Source: Octopus sinensis
Lineage: Eukaryota
Length of the DNA: 64,000 nt
Direction of reading: 5' to 3'
Assembly: GCF_006345805.1 (NCBI RefSeq)
Contig: NC_043014.1
Coordinates: 39,494,001-39,558,000, forward strand
The translations under genes and the position numbers were made by a program. Of the stretch, positions 38,129-50,800 are shown one piece after another. Position 1 is the stretch's first letter. Each line of letters starts with the position of its first letter. The notes beneath the pieces were generated by a model. The model had not been told where the DNA came from. It worked only from the letters and a program-made list of their open reading frames with translations, and did not search any database.

Positions 38129-39795
38129 GCAACAATAATAATAATAATATCAAAAATATAGAATATCTCAATGTTAGATATTTCTCAATAATATTTACTT
38201 GCTAAGGCGGCGAGCTGACAGAAACGTTAGCACACCGGGTGAAGTGCTTAGCAGTATTTCATCTGCCACTACGTTCTGAGTTCAAATTCCGCCGAGGTCG
38301 ACTTTGCCTTTCATCCTTTCGGGGTCGATTAAATAAGTATCAGTTATGCACTGGGGTCGATATAATCGACTTAACCCATTTGTCTGTCCTTGTTTGTCCT
38401 CTCTGTGTGTAGCCCCTTGTGGGCAGTAAAGAAATAAGAAACATTAGCACACTGGGTGAAATGCTTAGCGGTATTTCATCTGTCTTTACGTTCTGAGTTT
38501 AAATTCTGCCAAGGTCAACTTTGCCTTTCATCCTTTCAAGGTCGATCTAATCGACTGCCCCCTACCCCAAAATTTTGAGTCTTGTGCCTAGAGTAGAAAA
38601 GAATAATATTTACTTGCTGATCTTTCTGCCTGTCTTCTGATAATGACTTAAAGAAACATTAGCATATTTAATCAATTACAACCGAAATAACCACAACTGT
38701 TTCTAACTTGCACAGTAATAAATAAGTAATTAATAACCTCGTAATTTTAATGTCGTTGACGATGACAGAGTAAATTATTCTATTTTCTGAAAAATGTACA
38801 GAAGTCAAACGCACAACAGAAATACCAAATTTATCAAGTTACCACACTCTATTAATTAAGGTATATCAGGAAATAATTAAAGAAAATTAAAAGAAACGTG
38901 CACTAAATTTAGTTGTGTAATAAATATAATTTAGATCGGTCAGACTATAAATGGTTTGTTTGGAAGTCTTGAGTCTATTAGATGGCAAGTAACGAGTAAG
39001 GACCGAAAGTCATAGTTTGCTACCAATGTTGTGTTGTGCGCATGGCCAATGTATTTAACTTTCAAATGGGTCTCTCTTTTACACTTTTGCTTGTTTCAGT
39101 CATTTGACTGTGGCCATGCTGGAGCACCGCTTTAGTCGACCAAATCGACCCCAGGACTTATTCTTTGTAAACCTAGTACTTATTCTATCGGTCTCTTTTG
39201 CCGAACTGCTAAGTTATGTGGATGTAAACACACCAGCATCGGTTGTCAAGCGCTGTTGGAGGGACAAACACAGACATACAAACATGTGCACACATACATA
39301 CATATATATACATATATACAAAGGGCTTCTTTCAGCTTCCGTTTACCAAATCCACTCACAAGGCTTTGGTCGGCCTGAGGCTATAGAAGAAGACACTTGC
39401 CCAAGGTGCCATGCAGTGGGACTGAACCCAGAACCATGTGGTTCATTAGCAAGCTACTTACCACACAGCCACTCCTGTGCCTAGGAGTCCATTTAGCTAA
39501 AGGTCAGTCCATTTAGCTAAAGAAAGTTACCATAATCTCTTTCTTTTATCTTTTGCTTGCTTTAGTCATTGGACTGCGGCCATGTTGAAGCACTACCTTG
39601 AAGGTTTTTAGTCAAATGAATTGACTACAGTTTTCACATTTATTTTTGAAGCCTGTATTATTCTATCAAACTCTAATGTCAAACTGCTGAGTTACAGGGA
39701 TATAAATAAACCAACACTGGCTGTCAAGATGATGAAGAACAAACACGAATATGCACAGATACACATAGATACATACTTATACATACATGTTTGTG

Positions 39796-39828
<33 letters not shown>

Positions 39829-40767
39829 TCTTTCAGTTTCTGTTCACCAAATCCACTCACAAGGCTTTGATTAGTCTGGGTCTATAGTAGAAGACACTTG
39901 CCCAAGGTGCCACTCAGTGGGACTGAACCCAGAACCATGTGGTTGGGAATTAAGCTTCTTACCACAAAGCCACACCCGCGTATATGTATATGAACGATTT
40001 TCTACTGCAAACAGCAACAATTTAAAGTAGATACAAAATGTCAAAACTGAATCCAACTTCTGTAGTTGAATTCCAGGAAGGAAATCCACTTTAGTGAATT
40101 GATTTCGTTCCAGATACATTTTATAAAGACAAAGCCTTCAACAGATGCCTTTATGATAAAATGGGTTATAGAACTTACCATATAGGAAGCAAGCAGGCTT
40201 ATGTGTGCACACACACACACACACATGCATACATACACACACACACAATCACACACTGATGAACAAAGATATAATGTGATGGTATCTTTAAATGCCCTAT
40301 GATTAAGTTGTACACATAGCCATTATCAAGATTAATCCAAAAGTAATAGCGTTTAATATAGCAGATTTGCCAACGACACTGGGGTTTTCCTTTTTTCTTG
40401 CAGTCAAAAATGTCAGAGGAAGAACAGCTTTCCATCATCATTTTCAAGGGTGCCGAGACATGTGGAAGGAAATGGTGAAGTTATTCTCAGACTTTTGAGA
40501 CCTTGTTTAAATGCTTGCAGAAAAGTGAACTCTGCTCAAGTCCCCCAGGGCAGGTGGTGGTGGTTGTGGTGGTGATATTAGACCAAGCAACAAATTATAT
40601 ATTCCACCCAAGAATAGGAACTGTCTCTTTTCTGACACGCTTCTGTCAATCAATTTCCGCTGACAAGTCTTTGGTCAACCGGAAGCTTTAGTAAAAAGAC
40701 ACTTGTTCAAAATACCGCACAGTGGGATAGTCTATGCTTAAAGTTATTATATCTACAAATCATAATC

Positions 40768-41198
40768 TTTACTCTTTTACTTGTTTCAGTCATTTGACTG
40801 CGGCTATGCTGGAGCATCGCCTTTAATCGAGTAACTCGACCCTGGGACTTATTCTTTGTAAGCCCAGTACTTATTCTATCGGTCTCTTTTGCCAAACCGC
40901 TAAGTGACGGGGACATAAACACACCAGCATCGGTTGTCAAGCAATACTAGGGGGACAAACACAGACACACAAACACACACGCACATATATATATATATAT
41001 ATAATATATATCTATATATATATATATACATGTATACGACAGGCTTCTTTCAGTTTCCGTCTACCAAATCCACTCACAAGGCTTTGGTCGGCTCGAGGTT
41101 ATAGTAGAAGACACTTGCCCAAGCTGCCACGCAGTGAGGCTGAACCCGGAACCATGTGGTTGGTAAGCAAGCTACTTACCACACAGCCACTCCTGCGC
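40768..41198 (-). mobile_element. SINE family A
   Basis: Full copy. Further copies at 39075-39482(-), 46482-46890(+), 53183-53592(-), 60535-60930(+) and 61427-61808(+). Divergent ones at 3340-4095, 25520-25905, 39545-39980 and 62925-63320. Confidence 0.88.
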
Positions 41199-41377
41199 GA
41201 TGTTAATTAAAAAAAAAAGTGCTGATCAAATTTATACATGAACTGGATGTTTTTTAAAAACCAAAAACAAAAGATTTATCCTCACATAAGCATGAATCTT
41301 CTGTTAAAACAAACTATACTGTGACAGATACCATGAGGGTAACTCTCATATTGGCTTTTGATGCAAAAATGCACTTG

Positions 41378-41970
41378 GCGTAGGAGTGGCTGTGTGGTAA
41401 GTAGCTAGGTGTAGGAGTGGCTGTGTGGTAAGTAGCTAGGTGTAGGAGTGGCTGTGTGGTAAGTAGCCATGTGTAGGAGGGGCTGTTGGTAATAGCTAGG
41501 TGTAGAGTGGCTGTGTGGTAAGTAGCTAGGTGTAGGAGTGGCTGTGTGGTAAGTAGCTAGGTGTAGGAGTGGCTGTGTGGTAAGTAGCTAGGTGTAGGAG
41601 TGGCTGTGTGGTAAGTAGCTAGGTGTAGGAGTGGCTGTGTGGTAAGTAGCTAGGTGTAGGAGTGGCTGTGTGGTAAGTAGCTAGGTGTAGGAGTGGCTGT
41701 GTGGTAAGTACTAGGTGCAGGATTGCTGTGTGGTAATAGCTAGGTGTAGAGTGGCTTTGTGGTAAGTGCTACGTGCAGAGTGGCGTGTAAGTAGCTAGTG
41801 CAGGAGTGGCGTGTGGTAAGTAGCTAGTGTAGGAGTGGCTGTGTGGTGTACTAGTGCAGGAGTGGCTGTGTGGTAAGTAGCTAGGTGTAGGAGTGGCGTG
41901 GGGTAAGTAGCTAGGTGTAGGAGTGGCTTGTGGTGTAGCTAGGTGTAGATGGCTGTGTGGTAAGTAGCTT
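41378..41970 (+). repeat. ~19 x 31-bp tandem array of the SINE A 5' head
   Basis: Unit GTGTAGGAGTGGCTGTGTGGTAAGTAGCTAG. The last unit continues into a SINE A body (to ~42120, with its 3' half at 42430-42655). Confidence 0.92.
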
Positions 41971-43689
41971 GCTTACGCAACACATGGGTCCGGATTCAGT
42001 CCCATTGCATGGCACCTTGGGCAAGTGTCTTCTGCTATAGCCTCGGGTCGACCAAAGCCTTGTGAGTGGATTTGGTAGACGGAAACTGAAAGAAGCCCAT
42101 CGTATATATGTATATATATGTGTGTGGAGGTGCAATGGCCCAGTGGTTAGCGCAGCAGACTCACGGTTGTAGGATTGCGGTTTCGATTCCCAGACCGGGC
42201 GTTGAGTGTTTATTGAGCAAAAACACCTAATGCTCCACGAGGCTCCAACAGGGGGTTGGTAGTGATCCCTGCTGCACTCTTCCTCCACAACCTTCTCTCG
42301 CTCTTTTTCCTATTGGCCTGCTCACTTAGCCAGCGAGGTGGTGTCATTTGAAGGCTAAAACAATGCAAAGCGCATTGTGACCAGCGATGTGTAGAAACAT
42401 CTGATAGCCTGGTCGGTCACGGTGATATATATGTATGTGTGTGTGTGTATATGTTTGTTTGTCTGTGTTTGTCCCCCAGCATTGATTGACAACCGATGGT
42501 GGTGTGTTTATGTCCCCGTAACTTAGCAGTTCGGCAAAAGAAAACCAATAGAATAAGTACTAGGATTACAAAGAATAAGTCCTGGGGTCAATTTGGTCGA
42601 CTAAAGGCAGTGCTCCAGCATGGCCACAGTCAAATGACTGAAACAAGTAAAAGAATATTGTTCATATAAATACACTCTCGTTTATATGCTATTGATGTCT
42701 CTCTCTCTCTCAGTCTAACTGTAACCTTTCATCATCTAAGATCACCTCCAACACTCACTCCCCTCTCAAAGGATCTTCATCTTGCAAGTTACTCGGTGAC
42801 CCTGCCAGTGCTGGTGCCATGTAAAAAGCATCCAGTCCACACTGTAAAGTGGATGACATTTGGAAGGTCAAAATCCATGCCAAAACTGACCTTGAGTGCA
42901 TTTTGCACCAAAAGCCAATATGAGGATTTCTTATTTTTTTACTGCCCACAAGGGGCTACACACAAAGAGGACAAACAAGGACAGACAAACAGATTAAGTC
43001 GATTATATCGACCTCAGTGCGTAACTGGTACTTATTTAATCGACCTCGAAAGGATGAAAGGCAAAGTCAACCTCGGCGGAATTTGAACTCAGAACGTAGC
43101 GGCAGACGAAATACTGCTAAGCATTTCGCCCAGCGTGCTAACATTTCTGCTAGTTCGCCGCCTTAACCCTTTTGTTACCGTATTTATTTTCAGATGCTCT
43201 GTGTTTCAATCAATTAATTTTAAATATAACAAAGAATTTAGTAAAAGAACTTAGTTATCATTAAGCTAGTGTTGGGAACATAAATTGTGACTAAGGTTTG
43301 GAGGAAGATTTTAATTCAAAACTTATGAAAACAAGACATTTGTACTACAGAGCCAGAGGCGGTTTTGGCCGGGTTGGTATCAAAAGAGTTAATGAGAATT
43401 TCTCTCATGGTACCTACTGCAGTATAGTTTGTTCTAACACAACATCCACATTTAAGTGGGGATAAATATTACCTTTTGGTATTAATGCTGTCTCTGTTGC
43501 AAATATTTATAAAAGGAAAAAAGTTATTACACGTTTCTGAGAGGAAATTAATATTTTATTTCTGAACAAATTTCAAATAATAAAAATATTGATATAGAGA
43601 ACAAATTCAAAAGCCATTTTATGATTGGTTGTTTGGTAAAGATTGCTTCTCCATTATGCCATAACCATTGATTTACAGATTCTTCTCTC

Positions 43690-43871
43690 AGCCTACACTA
43701 CTACTACTACTACTACTACTACTGCTGCTGCTACTACTGTTGTGGCTGTTGTTACTACTACTACTACTGCTGCTGCTGCTACTACTGTTGTGGCTGCTGT
43801 CACTATTACTACTACTACTACTACTGCTGCTGCTGCTACTACTACTACTACTACTACTGTTGCTGCTGCTG

Positions 43872-43905
<34 letters not shown>

Positions 43906-44113
43906 GACTACTACTACTACGACTACTACTACTACTACTGTTGCTGCCGCTACTACTACTACTACTACTACTACTACTGCGACTACTACTACTGTTGCTG
44001 CTGCTGCTGCTACTACTACTACTGCTACTACTGCTGCTGCTGCTGCTACCGCTGTTGCTGCTACTGCTACTGTTGCTGCTGCCACTGCTACTACTACTAC
44101 TACAACAACAACA
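43690..44113. repeat. Compound (ACT/GCT/GTT)n trinucleotide repeat
   Basis: Direct reading. Confidence 0.95.
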
Positions 44114-44258
44114 ATACCATCTGCTTTATTTCAGCTAACCATCTGCATATTCACTTCACTCAGCACACCTTCATTCTCTTCCTCTCACCATCCTCCCAGA
44201 TTCCACACTAATTGTTGAGGCCATCATTTGTTCCTAGATCTACAATCCTCTAAAATTC

Positions 44259-44292
<34 letters not shown>

Positions 44293-44826
44293 TACACACA
44301 CCCCTTACTCCCTCCTGCTCCATTTTTCTTGCAGACTTCAACCAACAAAATCTGCACTCAACACCAACCATATCAGTGTCACCCATCTCAAAGGCCCCAC
44401 AAACGTTTTGAGCAAACACCTACCCTCAACCAATGGAAAATAGCCAAAAAAAAGTCAAATAATGATATCTTCATTATATTCAGTATAGAGGTGCCATCTT
44501 TTACCGTCTATATTTCATTTGTTTCAGTCATTAGATTGTAGCCATGGTAGAGCACCAACTTGAAAGAGTTAATTAAGCAAGTCACTCCCGGTGACTTATT
44601 TTTAAAGCCTGGTACTTACTCTATCAGTTTCTTTTGCTAAACCTGTAAGTTACTAGGATGTAAACAAACCAACACCTAGTGTCAAGCACGTTGGGGTACA
44701 AACACAGACACAAACACACTCACACACACATATATATATATATATATTATATATATAATAATATATATAGATATGTATATATATAATATACCATATATAT
44801 ATATAGATATGTGTATATATTATATA

Positions 44827-44894
<68 letters not shown>

Positions 44895-45151
44895 ATATAA
44901 TCTATAAATAATACATGTATGTATGTGTGTATATATGCATGTATGTATATAGGGGGAGAATTCACAAAAAACAAAAGATGAAGACAGGTGGTGTAGACGA
45001 CAAAACTGATATATAAGTTCAACACTGGGGAAATGAAGAAGTCTTTAATGTTTCGAGCCTATGCTCTTCCACAAAAAGAACGCAAAAAGAAACAGGAGAG
45101 AAAATAAAGAATGTGTAGTGGCTAGCATGCGTACATACATATATATATATA

Positions 45152-45515
45152 CTAGCAGTATCGCCCGGCGTTGCTCGGGTTTGTAAGGAAATAACTATAA
45201 AGCATTTTTAGCGAGTTATAGCCAAAAAATGGAAAAAAAATTATGGTAAATTTTTTTTTAGTTAAAAAGGTCGAGTTGCGTCCCCTAGACAGTCTGTGGT
45301 TTGTGTTTCTGATTCTCGACCCCATGTCGAATTTATCGATTTTTTCAGAACTGGGGAACTTTTCAAAATTTTCGCTGTGCGTTAGTTTTGAATTATGACA
45401 TTGGGCTATGTGTGTGTCAAGTTTCATCAGAATCGATTGAAAGCCGTGGTCAGGGGAGGGTACAACCTCCTAACAGACACACAGAAACACACACAGACAA
45501 ACTGCCGTTTATATA

Positions 45516-45519
<4 letters not shown>
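45152..45519 (-). mobile_element. Non-autonomous Helitron
   Basis: On the minus strand, A|TC...CCCGAGCAACGCCGGGCGATACTGCTAG|T. 5' (GTCT/GT)n microsatellite. Confidence 0.8.
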
Positions 45520-45550
<31 letters not shown>

Positions 45551-46655
45551 TCTACACTCACACACATATGGCAAATGAAAGCTAGAAGATGGAATATACG
45601 AGAATTTATTACTAATCACAACGTTTCGACACATCTAGCATTGATCCCTCGTGAGTGGTTTACCAGTAAGCTACCAGGTGTAAACCATTTATTTTATTAT
45701 CCATTATATATATTATATTATATATATATATATATTATAATATAATATATATATATATAATATGGAGTAAACACATAATGTGAAACAAGGTGGAAAAAAG
45801 AGTACTCAAATACCAGTGGTAGAGTACAGGTTTTGTTGAATTTTCTGCTGCTTAAAATAAAGTATATAATATATATATATATATACACACATATACATAT
45901 ATACAACAGACAACTTTCAGTTTCCATCTACGAAATCCACTGACAGGGCTTTGGTCAGCCTGGAGCTGTAATAGAAGACACTCATCCAGGATACCATGCA
46001 GTAGTGGAACTGAACCCAGAACCATGTGGTTGGGAAGCAAATTTCTTACCACACAGCCATACCTGTACCTCTATACATACATTTTTGCTTTTATATTTTC
46101 TTTTACTTTTAGTAAATAGAAGCAATTATTTTATTATCTCCCAGCTTTTAGTATCTTTCATCTCCAAATATTTACTCTTCACTGCTTGACCTACTTTTGA
46201 TAAATTGCTATTAAAGCAAAGTTATGATAAATAGCGAGAGAGGTGTATCTGAATTTACAAACAAGAAAAAAAAAGTAATCAATAGAGAAGTAGAGTAATT
46301 ATTTACTAAAGTGCTAGGATTACTCTCTGTTGTTATTCAGAGTTTTGGTAATCTTCAGTGAATCAAGAAAAAGAAGGGGGGGGGGAAACAAGGAAACTAG
46401 ATAAAAAACCAAACAATCAAATCAAAATATATTTAGATAAAACAAAGCGAAAAAAAGACTTTTGATTCCTAAGAAGTATAGGCATAGGAGTAGCTGTGTG
46501 GTAAGTAGCTAGCTAACGAACCACATGGTTCCAGGTTCAGTCCCACTGCGTGGCACCTTGGGCAAGTGTCTTCTACTATAGCCTCGGGCCGACCAAAGCC
46601 TTGTGAGTGGATTTGTTATACAGAAACTGAAAGAAGCCCGTCGTATATATGTGTG

Positions 46656-46692
<37 letters not shown>

Positions 46693-47174
46693 ATGTTTGT
46701 GTCCCTCCCCCCAACATCGCTTGGCAACCAATGCTGGTGTATTTACGTCCCCGTAACTTAGCAGTTCAGCAAAAGAGACCGATAGAATAAGTACTAGGTT
46801 TACAAAGAATAAGTCGTGGGGTCGATTTGCTTGACTAAAAGCAGTGCTCCAGCATGGCCACAGTCATATGACTGAAACAAGTAAAGAGAGTATATTTTGT
46901 CTAGTTTACAATAAATAAATTACTTTAGTATTCTAAGAAGAAAAAGCTTATATCAGGTGTACTGCTGTTGTTTGTTCTTTCTTAAGCCATACCTGGCTCA
47001 TAAGGGCCAGTTTCCAGGTGTCATTGGCATATAGTTTCCACACCTGGATGGGATGCCGGTCTGTTGCAGGTGAGCTGCTAGATGCAGTAGGAAGGAGTGA
47101 GAGAAAGTTACGGCGAAAGAGTCAGCAGAAGTTTGCCATTACCTTCTGCCGGAGCCACGTGGAGCCTAGGTGTT

Positions 47175-47410
47175 TCTTATTTCTTTATTGCCCACAAGGG
47201 GCTAAACATAGAGGGGACAAAGAAGAACAGACAAAGGGATTAAGTCAATTACAACGACCCCAGTGCATAACTGGTACTTAATTTATTGACCCCGAAAGGA
47301 TGAAAGGCAAAGTCGACTTCGGTGGAATTTGAACTCAGAACATAAAGACAGATGAAATGCTGCTAAGCATTTTGCCCAGCATGCTAACATTTCTGCCAGC
47401 TCACCGCCTT
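47175..47410 (-). mobile_element. SINE family D with 17-bp target-site duplication, inserted in a family C-like SINE
   Basis: Flanks CGTGGAGC(C/T)TAGGTGTT at 47158-47174 and 47411-47427. Head AAGGCGGTGAGCTGGCAGAA...GAGTTCAAATTCC. Other copies at 10156-10375, 26720-27290, 29085-29300, 34395-34690, 37889-38095, 38190-38600(+), 42925-43165 and 58485-59520. Confidence 0.85.
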
Positions 47411-47747
47411 CGTGGAGCTTAGGTGTTTTGCTCATAAACACACACATCACCTGGCCTGAGATTCGAACCTGTGATCCCTCGACCGCGAGTCCACTGCTCT
47501 AACCACTAGGCCATGTGCCTCTACATCAGGTGTAGGTATGTGGTAAGAAATTTGCTTCCCAACCACATGGTTCCAAGTTCAGTCCCACTGCCCAAGACAC
47601 TATAATAGAAGACACTTAATAGAAGATCCTATAGTACAAGGCACTATAGTAGGAGACATTTCCCCAAAGTGCCACTGCATGACACCATGGGCAAATGTCA
47701 TCTACAATAGCCCTCGACTGACCAAAGAAGTCCATTATATATAAGTG

Positions 47748-47780
<33 letters not shown>

Positions 47781-48959
47781 TGCACGCGCGCATGTGTAAG
47801 TGTTTGTCCCCCATCAGACAAGCTGACAAGGTAATAGGGTTGATATAATTAATTAAAAACCTTTGAAAACAGCATTCCAACTTGGTCACAGTTCAATGCC
47901 TAAACTCAATCAAAGAATAAAAGATTTCATTATATTTCACAGTACGCTGTACCTTCTTGGGTACTAATGCACTTTCAGTCAACTCCCAGGGCTAAAAATA
48001 GGTCCCTCACTCATGTTGTTGAGTAACCTTAGTTATGTGTGTTTAGGCAGCCTTATAAACCAGAGGAAGCCAGTTGAACATTTGGGTGCAGCCTAGACAT
48101 CAAATTGCTAAAGTGTAGCTATTAGCTATTTTATTTTTTATTTGCTTCAATCATTTGATTGTGGTCATGCTGGAGCACTACTTTCATAGGTTTAGTGTGG
48201 GACTCATTGTTTTGTTTTCTTTTGTTGAGCTGCTAAGTTACAGGGTTATAAACAAACCAACATTGGTTGTCAAGTGGTGGGGGGACAAACATAAGCATAA
48301 AAACACACACACATACACATGAAGATATCATCATCATCATCATCATCTCATCATCATCATCATCGTTTAACGTCCGTTTTCCATGCTAGCATGGGTTGGA
48401 CAGTTTGACTGGGGTCTGGGAAGCCAGGAGGCTGCACCAGGATCCAGTCTGATCTGGCAGTGTTTCTACAGCTGTACCTATTATAATATTTTCACACATT
48501 TTTGTTCTAGCATCATTTATCTGTTTTCTTTCTAAATCTAGATAAAGAGATACGGTTTAAATATTTCTTAATCCTTATATATTCATTAATCCTAGAAGTA
48601 GTTGGTAGGTGCATCAAGTAGCTTTATTTGACTCACGTTGCTTAAACATTTAAGATTATGCTTTAGATTTGTTCTTAAAGGTGGTAGAAACAAAACCATT
48701 AGCTAGCTGTTCATGTGCTTTTTAGTGAGGCTACTTGACAAGATCATCTTCACCCTTTAGCATTCAAATTACTCTGTCAAATATAATGTTTATTTATCGA
48801 CATTGTAGCTTTGAGATTTTTATGACATGATTGCTTTTAGAATGACATTGAAGGGTGAGTGTGAGAGGCCAGAAGTGGAAAGTTTGAACATAAGACAGGT
48901 AGACTATTTGGGTTGGATACGGGTGGTTTAAATGCTAAAGAGTTAATCATGTATTATCT

Positions 48960-50800
48960 TTCAGCTTCGAGACCAGGCTGTATGCCTCCCGTAGGTAATG
49001 TTCCATCTCCAGTTCAAGGCCCCAGAAGGCGAGCCTAAACTGTTCCTTCGGGAAGGAGTCCAACACCCTGAACATATCGACTTCCAATCAGACCTCCGTA
49101 GTCACCTGCAGAGGCCAATCCAGGTCTCCAGTCCAGGGCACAGGCTCCTCTCTCCGGCCCTCTAGCTTCCTTAAGAAGCTCTGTATTGCCCCTCGGTGGC
49201 ACACTTCTCATCAACAAAGTTTCAGGGCATGCTGGCAGTGTACCATCAACCGCTGGCAATGTCCCGTTCTTTTTCTTTTTCTTTTTCTCCCTTTTGCAAT
49301 GGGAGGGATGGTATCCCCCACTTCATCTGGAGGATCCTCCTCCCCTCCCACAGCTTTAGGGTCGTTCAGTGGGCAACCATTATTGCCCACCTTCTTTCTT
49401 TTCTTTCCTTTTTTCGAGGAGGTCTCCACCTCCTCGACTGCTTCCATCTCTCCCTCCAATGGGGGAGTGGGGTGCCGCTACTTTTATTAACTGCTCCAGG
49501 ACCTCACCTTGGTCCTGGGGACAGTTCTTTTTAATGTGGCCTGGTTCCAAGCAAAGCTGACACTTGGGGGTGGGAGGCGTCCTTCAAGCATCACTGGATA
49601 CCTAGAACCGGCCATCCTAAAAAAATCTGGAAATACCAAATTTTTGGCTGATTGGGTTCACAGGGTCAAAACAGCTTTTGACCCCTCCCAATCAGCTGCA
49701 GGTAAGATTTTCACATTGAAGAGCTTGGCTTCACTGCCACCCAGAGTATCCTCTATCCACTCAGGTTCTATTCCAGGTGGCAAACCACAGACCCAAGCCC
49801 TCGTCAACTTCCTCCCACAATAAGTGGGAAGGAACAAAATTTTTCTGTCCTCCAAGGGCTTGCTCACAAATTTGTGAGCCTCCTCGGGGGTGTCAAATAG
49901 CAACCATACCGTTGCGTACTGACCCCCCCCCCCCGAGATGTATTTAATATTTGGCAGATACCCCACCAACTCATTTTCACTCATGGTTTTTTCAAATATG
50001 GTGATGGTGTCGAGCAACTTGGAGTACATCCTCAACACCATCATCTTCTCTTCGAACTCCTTCAACCATTGTTTGGGTGGTACTATTTCCCATCCCACAA
50101 TATTGTCCATGTTCTTTGCCAAGTTTTTTTTATTTTAAATTAAAAGTAAAAAAAACAGTTCACAATAAAATTCAAACAATGAAGAGAGAAATCAAAAAAG
50201 GGAATCTCAACAAAAAGGAAGGAAGAAAAAAAGTAAACAGTTCAATAACGAAAGTCACAAATAAAGGATAGAAGAAAAGAGAACAACAGTTAAAAAAAAA
50301 CACAGCAAAAAATCTTCTAACCACTCGGTACTCCAGGCCTTATTCAAATTTGAACCTGGAACTCCACAACTTGGAACACAGTTTTTCACAATAATTGGCC
50401 AAAGTTGTATCTTCGTTGAATTCTAAAAACACTATTCACTAAAGTGGACAAATTTTGCAAGCAAATTACGCCCCAACTATTCTCAAAATTAAGTGAGAAA
50501 AACACTATTTACCAAAAGTAAACGACAAGTTTTGGAAGTGGGGGTATGTCCCCGACAATAATTCTCACAATTAAGTAAGAAAAACTATACACTCCACTGC
50601 AGGCAGACCAGAGTTTAGGATCCAGTGAGGACTTTTTGCTTGTACAAAAATAATTACCACAAACAACAAACCCCCACTGGACCCAAAAAACAAGTCTTAC
50701 CTTACAGTAGAGTCTCCTTCACAATCAATTTTTGTCCACTGCAAGCCAGCGTGACGACTTCAATCAGTGATACGAGCAAACAATACTGACAACACGCATG
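48960..50800 (-). mobile_element. Decayed gag/ORF1-like element (RRM-like segment plus CX2CX4HX4C knuckle), no pol detected
   Basis: ORF 49658-50122 reads through a TGA into ...RYPVMLEGRLPP. A 1-nt shift then gives KCQLCLEPGHIKKNCP (knuckle at 49521-49562), followed by a Lys/Arg-rich low-complexity tail. GC-rich relative to flanks. Boundaries approximate. Confidence 0.75.

Noticed and set aside
41378-41970. CRISPR-like appearance of the 31-bp array (and of the 62-bp repeats at 21925-22250)
   Set aside because: Eukaryotic context, no cas genes and no unique spacers. The units derive from a SINE head and a LINE 3'UTR.
43643-44218. 191-aa Thr/Ala-rich ORF resembling a mucin or antifreeze glycoprotein
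   Set aside because: It is a pure trinucleotide microsatellite open in several frames and on both strands. There is no signal peptide, no regular TAA tripeptide periodicity and no splice support.
45622-45662. Minus-strand CTCACGA...GAAACGTT hammerhead-like relic
   Set aside because: The core is mutated, helix II is unconvincing and there is only one copy in the window. Too degenerate to call.
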